Assembly: GCA_025201805.1 (NCBI GenBank)
Contig: MU619255.1
Coordinates: forward strand, 21,512-67,158
Direction of reading: 5' to 3'
DNA length: 45,647 bases
Origin: Parasitella parasitica NRRL 2501
Taxonomy: Eukaryota > Fungi > Mucoromycota
In this document: one piece after another, positions 10,490 through 24,228 of the stretch
Numbering within the stretch: position 1 is the first letter of the stretch
How the letters are laid out: each line of letters opens with the position of its first letter
Translations under genes and position numbers: made by a program
The notes under the pieces: model-generated
What the model saw: only the letters and a program-made list of their open reading frames with translations
What the model was told of the DNA's origin: nothing
Databases searched by the model: none

Positions 10490-11696
10490 AAGCCTGTAAA
10501 TAGTTTTTTTTCAACCATGCTCAAGTCGGTTTAAAATGAAAATATGGCTTGTTTATTCCGAGATAGTGTTAAAATATAGACATTTTTATTTTGCTTTATA
10601 AATTGCCTTCTTTGGTAGACTATTTCCTGTTTTGAGAGACTCCATATGCTTTAAAAACCTACATTTCAGATAAAATATATAATAACGCATTTCATATCTT
10701 TGATGTGTTCATGTGTTTTCAATTAGTTTTCGAAAATCTTGTTTTCGAGAAGTCGGTGTTTTATCAACTAACTAGAATGGACTTCAATTTATCAGGCATG
10801 GCCGAGTTGGTATCTTCTTGGTAGTCGTCTCAGCTTCTAGCTGCTTTATTTGATTATTTCCATTTACAAAAAAGTCCTGCCAATGTATTAATGTTTTACA
10901 TCATGGTCACATTACGAGATTTGGAAACACTGGCAGCATTCATTGCAATGGTGACAACAACAGTTCGCAGATTTTTTTTCCTCTTTAAAATACGCAGGGT
11001 GCATTTTCGATTTGGCTAAGGGAATTTCTATTTAATGTCCTATTTTTTCAATGAATTTGTTTGAAATGCACATACTGTTTGTCAACGAAAACCGGGTATC
11101 TAATCTGCTTTCGGCAAGAAAACCATTTATTTTCATGCATCTGTGTTTTATTAGGTTACTAGAAAAATCAATCGATTTAAGTCTACAAAAATCCGAGCTA
11201 ACAATCATACCAAATTATATTGATAGATATTTACTCTAATTGATACAGTCAACGAAGGCATTTTTACTTCGTTTACTACAAAGCTAAGGAGGAATAATAG
11301 AGAGAAAGTTCACTAGTAGATAAAGCAACGGTATTTAAGCTGTTCGTTTATCAGAGTGAATAATATTACTAATAATAATAAAAAAGAGCTCTGAAATTTG
11401 GATTATATAATATTTGTTTGGAACAACAACTCAACAGCTTTTGGATCATAATAATAATAACATACATTGCTCCTTATTGGAAGTCTTTCTTTTTTTAATT
11501 CTCACAACTGAAACTAGTCCAAATGAATATCAAGGACATTCATGAAATATTCAACTAATAACAACCTTTTCAGCAATCACTGGCAAATGTTTATATAGGA
11601 TTAAGTGCGGCATTTAATTAATTAGTTAGCTGGACAACCATTGTCTCTGGATGATGCGGCCAGGTCCTCCAAACCGAATCGATAAGGAGTTTTCTA

Positions 11697-12786
11697 TCAA
11701 TGGTGTGGTACGTTTCCAATACTATTGTTAATTGGAGAGCCAATATCATCAGGCTTGTAAATATCATGCTGAGATTGATTAGGTGGAACATTTCCCATTG
11801 CGTAGCCTTGCTGTCCACCAGGTTTAGCAGTGTTGTGAATGGCAGTATTGTGAATAGCAGGGCTGTGCACAGGAGGCACTGAAGAATAAACAGTGGCAGA
11901 GGTATTATCGTAATAATAATTGCCGTCATCATAATATTCGTTTTGTTGCTGCGGTTGCTGTGGGTAATAATAACCATTCTGCTGTTGCTGCATACCATAG
12001 TCTACATTGTTGTCTACATACCCGCCAGGATAATGTCCGCCATAGCTTTCGTCAGCGTAGTAATTACCCTGATCATTTAATCTTGGTAAAGTAGGTGACA
12101 CAGGTTTGGTATTGCTGGTAACAGCAGCTGTTGTTCTGTGAGGAGGGAAATCACCCAATCCATAATCCTCGAAATCTGATTTTTTGTTGTCTCTTCTTTT
12201 AGTACATCCACCTCGGCGATTGATGCAAGTCAATATACCACCAATCAAAGCAATGCCGACTAATGTAAAAGTTAGCAACCAAGTTCCACGCTACATGACA
12301 ATTTTATTTACCAACACCACCAACAACACATCCAACAATAAGCGGAGTATTGTTTGTTGGACCTTCGTCTGGTTTGGGTGACGCCGAAGCGCTTGGAGTG
12401 TTTGAAGAAGTCGAAGCGGTTGAACTGCTAGAAGTAATGGTAGAACTTGGCGTTGCTGAAGATGATTGCAAAGACGATGTCACGGGAGCAACGGTGGTTG
12501 TTGCTACTGCAGTAGTAGTAGTAGTAGTTGTGGATGAGGCAATAGAGGATGGCACAATTGACGATGAGCTGGGAATAGGAGCTAACGTTGAAATAGTAGT
12601 TGAGGATGGTACAGGAATTACTGTTGGGGTAGGAGAATTTGTAGTCGATGCTGACACAATGCCAGTTGTTGTTGTTTTCGAAACTGGAGGCACAATCGAA
12701 GGTGGATCAACAACTTGAGCTGTGGCATTCAATGCCTGTAATGAAACCAGGACCCAAATAAATAGCCAAATTATACCTTTTTGCAT
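11697..12786 (-). CDS. Ser/Thr-rich type I membrane protein (Mid2/Wsc-like cell-surface sensor architecture), 2 exons
   Basis: Signal peptide, long S/T/P-rich ectodomain, and a TM segment LIVGCVVGGVVGIALIGGILTCI split by an intron (G|gtaaat...ctaac...tag|TC). A basic stop-transfer NRRGGCTKRR precedes a Tyr/Gln-rich cytoplasmic tail. Confidence 0.8.
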
Positions 12787-14019
12787 TATGCTTTTCTGTG
12801 GACTGCTTGGTTATATCAATATAATTCTTACTCTATAGTAAAGAACAAATTGAAAAGCAAAGCGAACAGTGAGAAAAACAGATTCTTTGTAATAAATTTG
12901 ATGAGCAAGATTTATTTAGAGGTATTACCGTAATATTAGCTTGTGTTACAGTGCATCATTGATTCCACTCAATAAAAAACAAAAAAAAAGATACATATGG
13001 ATCATATTTGGCTAAATATCACGACTTAAATCTATTGTGTCCAAGGCTTGTTTAACCTATAACCTCTAACACCATTGGCATGGAAAGGGAATAAATATTT
13101 GTACTTGATGCTGCTTGAAGTTTTATTTTTATGTAAAGAATCCACCCTGCCTTTTGATTTTTATCGATATTTCATGCTTTCATTGTTATTATCACATCAC
13201 TTTCTTTATCCTTTGATAAACTTACTCTGCTCTAGAAAAATGAAGACAGATACTTTGTATTCATTTTCACATGATACAGCCCATAAACGAGCCTTATAAG
13301 TATTCCGAAACAAAGATCAGGTGTAGCTTTTCAAACCGAGGTTTGATGGTTGTTAGTAGCTAATAAGAATTGTCTAGTCAGCCTTCATTGGCAATCATTT
13401 GTGTGATTAGGATTAATGACTAGACGAACGGAGTAAAACTAGCTGATGTGCATTTAAACTTGATTTACGAATAGGTCTAAGCCCGCTGCTGCCAGTGATT
13501 GTAGAAACTATGTTCTACGGTAATGTAGTCAAATGGTGACCAACAACATTGTTAGTTGTAAATTGCTCGTTTGCGGAGAAAAACAACTGTATCTTGTAGT
13601 CGGGAAAGTGCAGAAGATTTTGTTCAAAGGTTTTACGATCATCTTAGTGAATAGGTTTGTCACGCTGTAAATGTTTCTAAAAAAGACCGATTAACACCAG
13701 AAAAAAGCTTCTTGTTAAACCTGGCTTTGTGTTTTTTTCCGTTTGTTCTACACTGGAATATATGAAGATCATGACATATCACATTGAAAGTTATCCCTGA
13801 TGTACTTGTGAAAGACAATCTTTCAAGTAAAGGCAACAAAATTATTATAGAGTACCTGAACCTGAGTGTTATATTAAAAGAGTATAAGGAGGGCTTCGCG
13901 AAGGAGTCATTCCTATCGTATGCTTTGCAGCTTTGGTATTAGTCTTTTGTCTGCATTTGTGAATAACTGTATTTTTAATTATTTATTTGAGTCGACTATT
14001 GCTTAAAAAGTCGAATTTA

Positions 14020-14160
14020 TTACCTCATTAACAACGGGGTTTCCAGTTGGACATGATCAGCCAGGGTAATTTGTTCGTCATCGGATATGGTATTGCAAAG
14101 GTCAGAAACACTATCGAGTTTAACGGGATCCGAGAATAGCTGTATTCTGCATAGTGTTGG
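14020..14160 (-). mobile_element. Short LINE ORF2 fragment
   Basis: LFSDPVKLDSVSDLCNTISDDEQITLADHVQLETPL aligns with LYSTDPVVPDSITKLCETISSTDVIPTDEHTALQKPF in ORF 3428..3931. Confidence 0.65.
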
Positions 14161-14530
14161 GGGTATCAAATCAATACTTTGAAATGAGATAAAAAACTGT
14201 GATGTTGGAATATGAAAATATGTTCTATGTATCAACAAATACATAATTTATCTAAATAACAAGGACCTTCATATACTTCATCTCAAATTACCTTGATTGC
14301 TCAAATTCGCCAAAGCAAAATGTACATAGTGTATCATTTTAAATATCAAATCTCTTTTATAAGACTTTCAAGTTACATGCCCTTCTAATTGAAAACAGTA
14401 AATATGAACTATCATCATATCAAATAATATACTACAACTCACGAGCGGTGTGTTCGCTTCGCTACGGTAAATTTACTCTTCTACACAATTTCTGTTTAAT
14501 TATAAGAATATTTCATTTCTAAACCGCTGA

Positions 14531-14561
14531 TTTTTTCGTTTTAGTTTTAGTTTTTGTTTTC

Positions 14562-14603
<42 letters not shown>
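14531..14603. repeat. Patterned T-rich tract ending in T41
   Basis: TTTTTTCGTTTTAGTTTTAGTTTTTGTTTTCG followed by a T run at 14563-14603. Confidence 0.9.
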
Positions 14604-14923
14604 CTATTCTCTTCATTTCTAAAATGGATAAGCATAAGTCTGGTACTCACTACTTTATAGACTGAATTTCTTGACAAATTAATTTACACACTCTCAATTC
14701 AATTCCTCTCTCATTTACAGCAATTTATCTTTTCTTAAAATCCAATCTATGCTCAAGGACTGCCATGCAACAAATCTGTAGTGTTTGTACACCTTTTTGA
14801 CCTTTGTGTGTGTAACCTACTCAAGATTCTGGCACGCAATTTCCACTAGAAAATACTCATTCCAGGATGATATCTTTCGAAGTTATTGCGACATATTGGT
14901 TATGAATTTAAAATTCATCGCGG

Positions 14924-14958
<35 letters not shown>

Positions 14959-15010
14959 GATGATATGACCTTCACCTAATTGATAATTGATTGTTAAACA
15001 TTACCAAAAG

Positions 15011-17488
15011 ATGAAAATCTCCACATTATTGCTGGGTACATTAGCTTTGTCTTTATTGACCCAAATACAGATTGTTAATGCTACCGCAAATAATGAAAAG
15101 AAGAAGTCAAATATTGTTTTTATTTTTACGGATGATCAAGATTACCGAATGAACTCATTGGATTATATGCCTAACGTACAAAAATACTTGATTGAAGAAG
15201 GAACTACATACAAAAATCATTATGCTACTATTGCTGTTTGCTGTCCAAGTAGAGTTGGCCTTTTAAGGGGTCAATATGCGCATAACACAAAGTAAATGTC
15301 ATACGTCTGTTGTTGATTAGTTCTACTGATAAAGTCTCAAGCATTACAGATGTCCTTCCTCCTTTTGGTGGATATGAACGCTTCAATAGGCTGAGGCTCG
15401 GTGAAGATTATTTACCTATTTGGCTGCAAAAGGTATATACACGACGTTATGTAACACTTGCTAGTTCCTTAGTAACGTGAATAACTACTGTGGATAGGCT
15501 GGTTACAATACCAACTATATCGGTAAATTAATGAATGAATATGATGTATTGAATTACAACAAACCTACACCTCGAGGGTAAGAAATTTGTAAATACTCTA
15601 TTAGAACAGGACTAAAGCTCTTCTCAATAGTTTTGATTATCAAGGTATATAGGTTTTTGGAATACATGATAAAATAATTTATCTAAGTCTATACTTGTGA
15701 ACAGAGCAATTGGTAGATCCTTACACTTACATCTACAACACTGCTGTATTTTCCGTCAATGGTCAAACTCCTGTATTTTACAAAGATGTTTATCAAACTG
15801 ATATCATTCATGCTAAAACTCGTGCTGCCTTAAAAAGAGTACAGGAAACCAACAAACCTTTTTTTTTGTGGGGTATGTTTGTAAAATCAGCTTGAAGTAT
15901 GGAAACCTATAAAGTAAATAACTCTAGTCGCACCTATGGCACCTCATGGGCAATTTGAAATCTTCTCAAACGGCACCATTACATCCAGATCTCCTATGCC
16001 TGCAGCTCGCCACGCCAATCATTTCAAGGATGCCAAAATTCCCCGTGCTCCCCATTTTAATCCTGACAAGCAGGCCAAGACAGCATCATATTGGAAAGAA
16101 TTAGAGAAGCTAGATGCCACGTTGGTTGAAGAATTTGATGAAGCTTATAGAAACCGTCTTCGTTCATTACAAGCAGTAGATGAATTAGTCGGGACACTTT
16201 TCAAAGAATTGGAGAAATCAGGTGAATTGGATAATACTTACGTTGTCTACAGTGCAGATAATGGGTAAGTAGTTTATTATGTTTGGTAGTTGATTAAACA
16301 AACTAGTTCAAAAATTTCAGCTACCATCTAGGACAGCATAGAGCTTATCCAGGCAAATGTACCAATATGGAAGAAGATATCAAGTGAGGAACACCAAGAA
16401 TCATTTACACAAGAGTATTATTAATTGACAAATCATCTGTAGTGTTCCATTCATTGTTCGTGGTCCAGGTGTTCCCAAAGGTGAAGAAAGCCATATTGTC
16501 AGTTCTCATCATGATTTAGCTCCCACTTTTTTAGCATTAGCTCAAGGAGACCAGTTTGTTCCTTCTTGGGTTGATGGTGGAGTTATCCCATTAACGAAAG
16601 ACCTTGAAAACCATCCTAGACCTGTTTCCAAGGAAAGTTTTGCAGTTGAGTTTTGGTCAATGGAAAACTATGCCGAGAACTACTTTCCTGTCAACTCCAG
16701 ATCTGGACCAAATACATACAAGACAGTTCGAGTGATTGCCCAAGATTATAATTGTGAGTAGCATTTGTGTACTTAGGTTGCATGATTAATTAATCAGTCA
16801 TACAGATATGTATGCTGTATGGTGTACTGGGGAACACGAATTATACGACTTGAAGAAGGATCCATATGAATTAAACAATCTGTATGGCGGCGATGCCCAT
16901 ATTCAACTCACAAACAGACTGGATGCACTTTTGGCCGTTCTTAAAGAATGTAAAGGGGCATCGTGTCGTAATCCTTGGAGGGTTCTTCACTCAGAAGACG
17001 ACTCAATAAAGACATTGAAAGATGCTTTATCCGAAAAGGTAAACCTTTTAAATGTAAAAGTGCTAAAAATTTGCTATTCTAGCTAACTTGTCATCTATAT
17101 ACAGTTCAATAGTCATTATACCCAATTTAAGAGGGTTGAATATAAGGAATGTCTTAGCTACTTAGCCTCTCAAAACGAATCACCACAAATTGGTAACCAT
17201 TTCAATTTGAACGACACTTTCAATAATCATCATCCTAGACTTCGTACAGAGAAATCAGATCAGTTTGTTATAAAAAGTCTTGCAAAGAGAACAAATGAAG
17301 AAAAACAAACAATAGTGATGCCGACTGAATATCATGAACTGTTCAAACTTGTGCCTGCAGCTTCTGGTTCAGTTGGTCATGAACTTCCTGATCAGGACTT
17401 CGAGAAATTTGCCATGCCAGTGCCACAAGAATTACTTGAAGCTAAAGTTAGATGGGCTGACTACAACTTTTATAGTTATGGTAATTGA
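15011..17488 (+). CDS. Secreted sulfatase (arylsulfatase / N-acetylglucosamine-6-sulfatase family), multi-exon
   Basis: Signal peptide, NIVFIFTDDQD, the catalytic CCPSR..LLRGQYAHNT formylglycine motif, GYNTNYIGK, YRNRLRSLQAVDE, YSADNGYHLGQH, VPFIVRGPG and ELYDLKKDPYEL. About 9 short GT-AG introns. Confidence 0.95.
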
Positions 17489-18039
17489 AGTAAGCTATGC
17501 AAATAAAATAAAAAACATAACACATTTCACGTGGACACGATTGGTTTGACATGTTAGTATTGGTTTTGTTGCTCACAATGTGGTAACAAATACAACAACT
17601 TCGGGCTACAAGAGGAAAATAGAAATTAATATGCATCGTCAGTAGAAGGATCTTAGTATTTTTTATAAATATGTCTAGTACGTCATACGCATAGCTTACA
17701 TCTCAATAACACAAGATAAGAAATATATTTTGTGAAGGGCTATTAGACGCTGTAATATCATCTACAGTTTGGTAGTTTTAAGAGAAAGAAATGCGATATT
17801 TATCACACAGGAAAATATCGTCATACCTTATTTCAACCAAATGATAATTTCTAGGCAGATGCTTCCAAAAAAGTTTCCCCTGAAAATTTATTGAACTTTC
17901 AATGTAATACATGTTACATGTGACATTAAGCTTCTTGAACTAGTGTTATTCTCAAACATAAATATACAGGAGCTTTGTGAGGTTGACAGCATATAAACAA
18001 ATGACGAAACATATAGAGAAAAGGGAGGGGTATCAAAAA

Positions 18040-18759
18040 TTATTGCTTGGAAATAGAAACTAGGATCAAAATCATAGTAAAAAGTAATGTACAAGATGCA
18101 ATTGCAACGGTAGATCTGCTTGCAGGAAAATAGCCGTTCACTAGAGCGACTTGAGTGTGGAAATAACGAATAAATGCGAAAAACAGGAATAGTATACTGA
18201 TAAATATAAATAAAAGACCTATCAGTTGACCGTTTAACAATGGTGGTTTTTGATCCACAGTAGGTGGATTATGCGTCATTGATCTTTCCAGACGAAACAG
18301 TTGTGTGATACCAATACCAACAGAAATCGTAGATAAACTTGTCCGAAGCCATGCTAAATATGTACGTTCGTTTGCTATTTGCAAAATATATGTATGTACA
18401 AGAGTATACAAACAAAAATGGTGAAATATGTTAATGATATGGTCCTATATTGTTAAAATAAAATTACCTAAATGGTCTCTTGCTACACTACCCTTATTTT
18501 CAAGATAAACGGATGTAGAATAGCGATTAAATAGCAATTGCCAGTATTCATGGATAAAAGTTCGATGTTTTTTATTTTTAGTGGTCTCTACTTGGGTGCC
18601 CTGTGATGAAGTAGTTGAGCGTGCCCTGCTGCATTGATTTGCATGATAAACAGTTGAATAATTTGCTGCTGTTGTTGTCCCTGCTACTAATGGTTTTTGC
18701 TCGTCTTCGTCTTCGTCTTCTTGATAGCGATGATATTGAAGGTTTTCTTCTGAAAGCAT
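18040..18759 (-). CDS. DUF202 (YidH/Vtc1-like) small membrane protein, 2 exons
   Basis: The spliced motif ARDHL-ANERTYLAWLRT is followed by three hydrophobic helices. Intron G|gtaat...tag|CA. Confidence 0.9.
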
Positions 18760-19086
18760 ACGTCTATAATAAAATTTAATGTTTATATTGTATATGTATA
18801 TAATAATAATTATACAATAAAAAAAAAAGAGGAAGAAGGATATAAAGAAATCGTAAAAAAAAGAACATATTTATATCATACGAAAATTTCTTAGTTTAGC
18901 ATGCAGATATAATTCGTTATTCACTGGAAAATGAATCAAAACAAGTGTAACATTCGCATTTTTATTTCTACAGTTGCAAGATCAGTCAAATTTTGCTTTA
19001 TTGGTGGACCGTCATTTATGTTTTACATGGTGGCCTCAAATAATATTACAGTACAGTTAATTACTACATATCTTTTCTTTATTTAC

Positions 19087-20742
19087 TTAAGCAGACAAGG
19101 AGCTATCAAGGTTTTCTTTGACACGTTTCATGTATTCAGCAGTGGTAACATAATGCTCAGGTTTAAGGCTACAATGAAATGATTATCATTTAAGGTTACT
19201 ATTCGGATATCGAAATACAAAACGAATATTGCGCAATTTGTGTACTTACTTTTTACCATGAATAGCCAAAGCTAAATCCTTAGTCATAACATTATCTCTT
19301 TGGACAGCGTCGATACAAGCTTGCTCTAAATTAAGAGAAAAATTCTTCAAAGCTCCATTGCTATCAAGACTAGCGCGATGACTCAAACCTCTGGACCAAG
19401 CAAAGATGGAGGCAATAGGGTTTGTAGATGTTGGATTACCCTATGTAAATTATTTACAAACATTAGTTAATGTTTGCTTATCATTTAAATGGTGTCACAA
19501 AACAAAACCTTTTGGTATTCACGATAGTGTCTTGTAACAGTACCATGAGCCGCTTCGGATTCCATTGTTTTACCATCAGGTGTGATCAAAACAGAGGTCA
19601 TCAAACCGAGAGAACCATAACCTTGAGCTAAAATGTCAGACTGAACATCACCATCATAATTCTTGCATGCCCAGACAAATCCGCCTTTGGATTTGAGAGC
19701 TTGGGCAACCATATCATCAATCAAACGATGTTCATACCACAGATTTGCCTTGTCAAAGTCCTTGCGGTAGTTTTTCTGATAAATGTCTTGAAAAATGTCT
19801 TTAAAACGACCATCGTAAGCCTTCAAAATGGTATTTTTAGTGCTCAAGTAAAGAGGCATCTTCTTGGTAAGAGCCATTTGGAAGCAACTATGAGCGAATC
19901 CAGATATAGAATCATTGGTATTGTACATGGCCATTCCAACACCACCATTTTGGGGAAAATCATATACGGTCCACGTTTTAACCTCAGATCCGTCAGTAGG
20001 AGTGAACGACATTTCAAATTTTCCTGCTTTATCGGTCACAAAGTCAGTAGAGCGATACTATCAATATTTCGGTTAATACAGACGCTGTCAAATATGGACA
20101 GTCTAACTTACTTGATCACCAAATGCATGGCGACCAATGACGATAGGTTCAGTCCAGCCAGGGACAATACGAGGAACATTATCCAGAATAATAGGTTCGC
20201 GGAAGACTGTACCATTCAAGATATTACGAATAGTGCCATTGGGTGATTTCCACATCCTTTTTAACTTGAATTCTATTGAGACATATTTAACGTCAGACTG
20301 TTTTAATAATAACTGCTTCTTTCTTACCTTCAACGCGAGCTTCATCAGGAGTAATAGTGGCGCATTTAATACCGACGTTGTACTTTTTGATAGCTTCAGC
20401 AGCATCAATGGTAACTTGATCGTCAGTCTATTATTTATCACCATTATTATTTTAATCATGTATACATGATGACCCTAAACTGACCTTATCACGATATTCC
20501 ATACCGAGATCATAATACTTAATGTCCAAGTTTAAATAAGGGAAAATAAGCTTATCCTTGATATCAGCCCAGATAATACGGGTCATCTCATCGCCATCCA
20601 AGTCAACAACGGGATTATCAACAGTGATTTTGGAATTGCTAGTGTAGTTGGCCTTTGCCATCATGGTGGCGCGACGAGCTAAAACAGTACCAGAGATGGC
20701 GCTGACAGTAGACTTACGAGCAGCAGTTTGAATAGCAAGCAT
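19087..20742 (-). CDS. IDP1: NADP-dependent isocitrate dehydrogenase, mitochondrial precursor, multi-exon
   Basis: Arg/Ala-rich presequence; motifs [98 protein letters not shown] and MTKDLA. The final exon ends ...LDSSLSA*. Confidence 0.97.
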
Positions 20743-22567
20743 ATTGAGAATTTTTCCTAAAAAAAAATGGGAAAAAAACAAAAAAATAGATATATCCTGC
20801 TTATAACATTGAGTCATAATATGGCTGATTACCCCCTCCCCCCATCACCTTGGTCTAAAGTTAGCTTTTGGCGGATCTTGGATTGCTAAAGTCCAATCAT
20901 TACAATACCTTCATATCTTATCTTTTTATGGCCCATTTGTTGTATTACATTAATTCGGATAATATATTAGATTTAAATAAAGTTGAGATCTCTCAAAAAA
21001 TGATAGCTTGACAAAACCTATATGTTTCGATTATTTGAACGAAATTGATGTGCATGTTTTCTAAATTAAATCATTTGAAAGATGAACATGTATCCTAAAA
21101 ATATCCTCAAAATACGTTGAACTAAATCCTTTGACATGAATTTTTTAATCTTTAAGGGATCACAGTTTTTCTTCAAATAGTACAAGTAGATTGGTTGGGA
21201 ACCTACATGACAATATATTCAGAAGCTCTTAAATCGCATCATTAAATGCATTGTTATTCTTTCCTCTGAAATTCCCCTATAATAGCTTTCCCATTGTTTT
21301 GACATAAAAACACATGACGCTTTGTCGACCCTTAAAAGTAATCATATTATTTCAAACATGCCTACCTCTAAAGAATTACAAATCATTTTGAGATAGAGTC
21401 ATTGCTTGACACAGAAGCCCGTATTTTGGTACTCCAACACCATTATACATCTTCTATTTTGACTTTGTTAATATTTTCAGTTAATCTGTCGTCTACACTT
21501 GTGAGCCTTAACTTGCACCAGTTCGGTTGCTATACAGTGGCATCTACAATTTTCAAACGACGGGGTTAAACGTAAAGTGAAAATTTAAGTAGATAGATAT
21601 AGTTGTCAAATGAATGTTCTAGCAGTGCAAAAATCATGCAGCATTAGAATATGAACTGATGCCATAATTTTACAATGAACAGAGCTACTTTTCTTCATTT
21701 TAATTTCTTCAGGTCGATCCTCTTTATGAGGCATTTTATTTCTATTTCATGGTAGTCGATGAAACTAAATTGGACCAATGAAATAAAATTGGTCATTTTA
21801 GATGCAAAAATGGGACACGATTGCGAAAGCGGGACACAGATACGAAAATGGGATAAGTCAATGTTTATCGAATGGTGATTGGAAAACGTACTGAGTTGAG
21901 TGCATGTCGCTTTGCAATTGAAGAAAAGATTTATATCTTTTGAATATATCACATATACGTATCATTGTCGAAATGACATGTTATTTTTTTTATTGTTTTT
22001 GGAAGGCACAAATAAACTTTTTTAAAAAACAGGATTTTGCCAATTTATGGGTTGTTAATACATACTGCTCTGTCTTATTTCTTATTATTGTACTTCATTC
22101 TCGTATAAAAACACAAATTGACCCAATAGCTATGTTGCATGCATACAAGCTGTACATGTCAACATGCCTCGTATATTGAAGCACAATTATCGGCTATATT
22201 AATTATTTGTTATGAGAGCTACCTATCATATCAGGCTGTTAACGTCGCTAGGATATATTACAAGTCGTCGACTATAACGAAAGCACTTTTTTTTTCATGT
22301 ATTCCATTTGTAATTTTGAGTTCAGAAAATTCGCCTGACACGGCTCAAAGTGCTTGAACCTGTCAAAACAACCACGAAATCTACCATTGAAGCTCCAAAA
22401 AAAACAAGCCTGGTTTTACCTTCCATGAACTTGCTTTTAGTATGGCAATCAGCCAATTTACTATTTGGTTGACACTTTATATAATGCAGTTCACTAAGTT
22501 TTATTGTGAAAATATTAAAGATGCCAAAGTCCATTCTTGTCTAGAAATTTGAATTTAATAGCCAAGT

Positions 22568-22600
<33 letters not shown>

Positions 22601-24228
22601 TTGGAATACCAATGTCATTACAATGAAAGGTTTCAAGCAGTATTTGTGCAGTCTAGGATAGCACAATCACTTGAATAAATGTCAATTGCAGGATAAAACT
22701 ATGACAGTTTGTGCATGTGCGATATGGTGTGATGCACAAATGAGAAATAGTGTATCACTCTCTACTTTTATTTGGTACCTCGATTTCGGAAGCATGGCAT
22801 TAACGTTTGTCTATTGACTAGACTCACACATTTAGAAGTATAGCAATTATCTTGACAAAACATCTGAGACAATGATCTTAATAACAAAAGCACCGATAAA
22901 AAATAGCCAAATGTAGACTTGAGAAGAAAGCGTTTACATTATGAACGTGGCATTGGGAGTAAGAATAGGCTAAATAGTGCTTGAAGAAGAAAATAGGTAA
23001 CATAAACAAAGCATAGACAAAAGTGCTACAATCGAATGTAACTCACGCAGCCTTGAATTGAGCTGTCGCTAGTATAGTTTTAGCTCAAATCTTGTTAGGT
23101 TTATTAATCATTTTTCATTAATATGTTAAAAAGCCATGCCAAAAAATTCCCAAGGTAATACTTTCTGAATTAATAATACATCATGAGCAAATAAAAACAA
23201 AAAACAACAACAAACATTACCACAAGATTCGTTATTTCTAAAAACTTCCTTTGAACAACTATCCAACTTCATCACTAGCACAAACATGAGCTGCTGGTCG
23301 GTTCCACTCAGTGGTGCTGTGTTTTATAGAGAAACACATGAGCATGTGAAACATTGATACAATATACAATGGTTGTGTGGTCAGTGTATTATAGAAGTCA
23401 GTAATTCAGGCATAAACATATGCAGTCAGCTATACTGAGCTCCATTTAATAGTATGTATACACTCATAAATTTGTATTCAATTATGCTGTTGATATTGAT
23501 GATGATGCCAGAGCAGTATCATATAAGTACTACATCAAGTGTTTGTTTTTGTTGTTGTTGTGTACACTTTTTTTATACCTGTATACAGCCTATTTATATA
23601 TTCCTGTTAAGCACGTTATTAGGTATGCACATTGACACCATGAAATCATCATTTTATGCAATGAATATATGTCCATTTGTGCCTAATAACCATGAATCAC
23701 GCATTTTTTGCACACACAAAATTCGTGATAAGAAATCGGAATCATGATACCGAATAACGTAGTACTAAATTTCACTCAACAGAAGCAGCATCAGTTTGAT
23801 TGAGAAATCGAATCATGAATTTCAAGAAAATAAAAGTAAAAGAAGCAACCATAGCAAAAATGAAAAATGGGAACAGTATTGTTTAAATGAACAGGATCAA
23901 TAGTGATTGAAGCGTTTTTTTTTTTTTTCAGGAGAGATGAGCTTGCATTTGTAACTGTTTCTTCTTTAAGTCAATGTTTTCATGTACTTAAATGGATTAA
24001 AGTGGTGGTACAGCCGTGTTTTCAAGCATCATCATGTTGTATAAATATCCACGTTATTTTTTTTTCCACTATATAAATCATCAGTAAAAACCTTGTACCA
24101 TTCATATCCTTTTTCCAATTTTTTTTATTTAATCCAGTATACACGTACGCAACCAATACATCTTCTCCTATCAAGTAATTTGATATAATTCTTTTCTTAA
24201 TAGAAATCTTGAGTAAAATAGCTTCAAA

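Noticed and set aside
13845-13900. TPP riboswitch suggested by TACCTGAACCTGA
   Set aside because: It lacks the upstream UGAGA and the downstream P5/GCG..GG elements, and no thiamine gene is adjacent.
9320-20742. Phosphate/sulfate-scavenging gene cluster (PLC-like, sulfatase, DUF202/Vtc1-like)
   Set aside because: The genes are interspersed with unrelated ones and I see no shared regulatory motif. Adjacency alone is not evidence in a gene-dense fungal genome.
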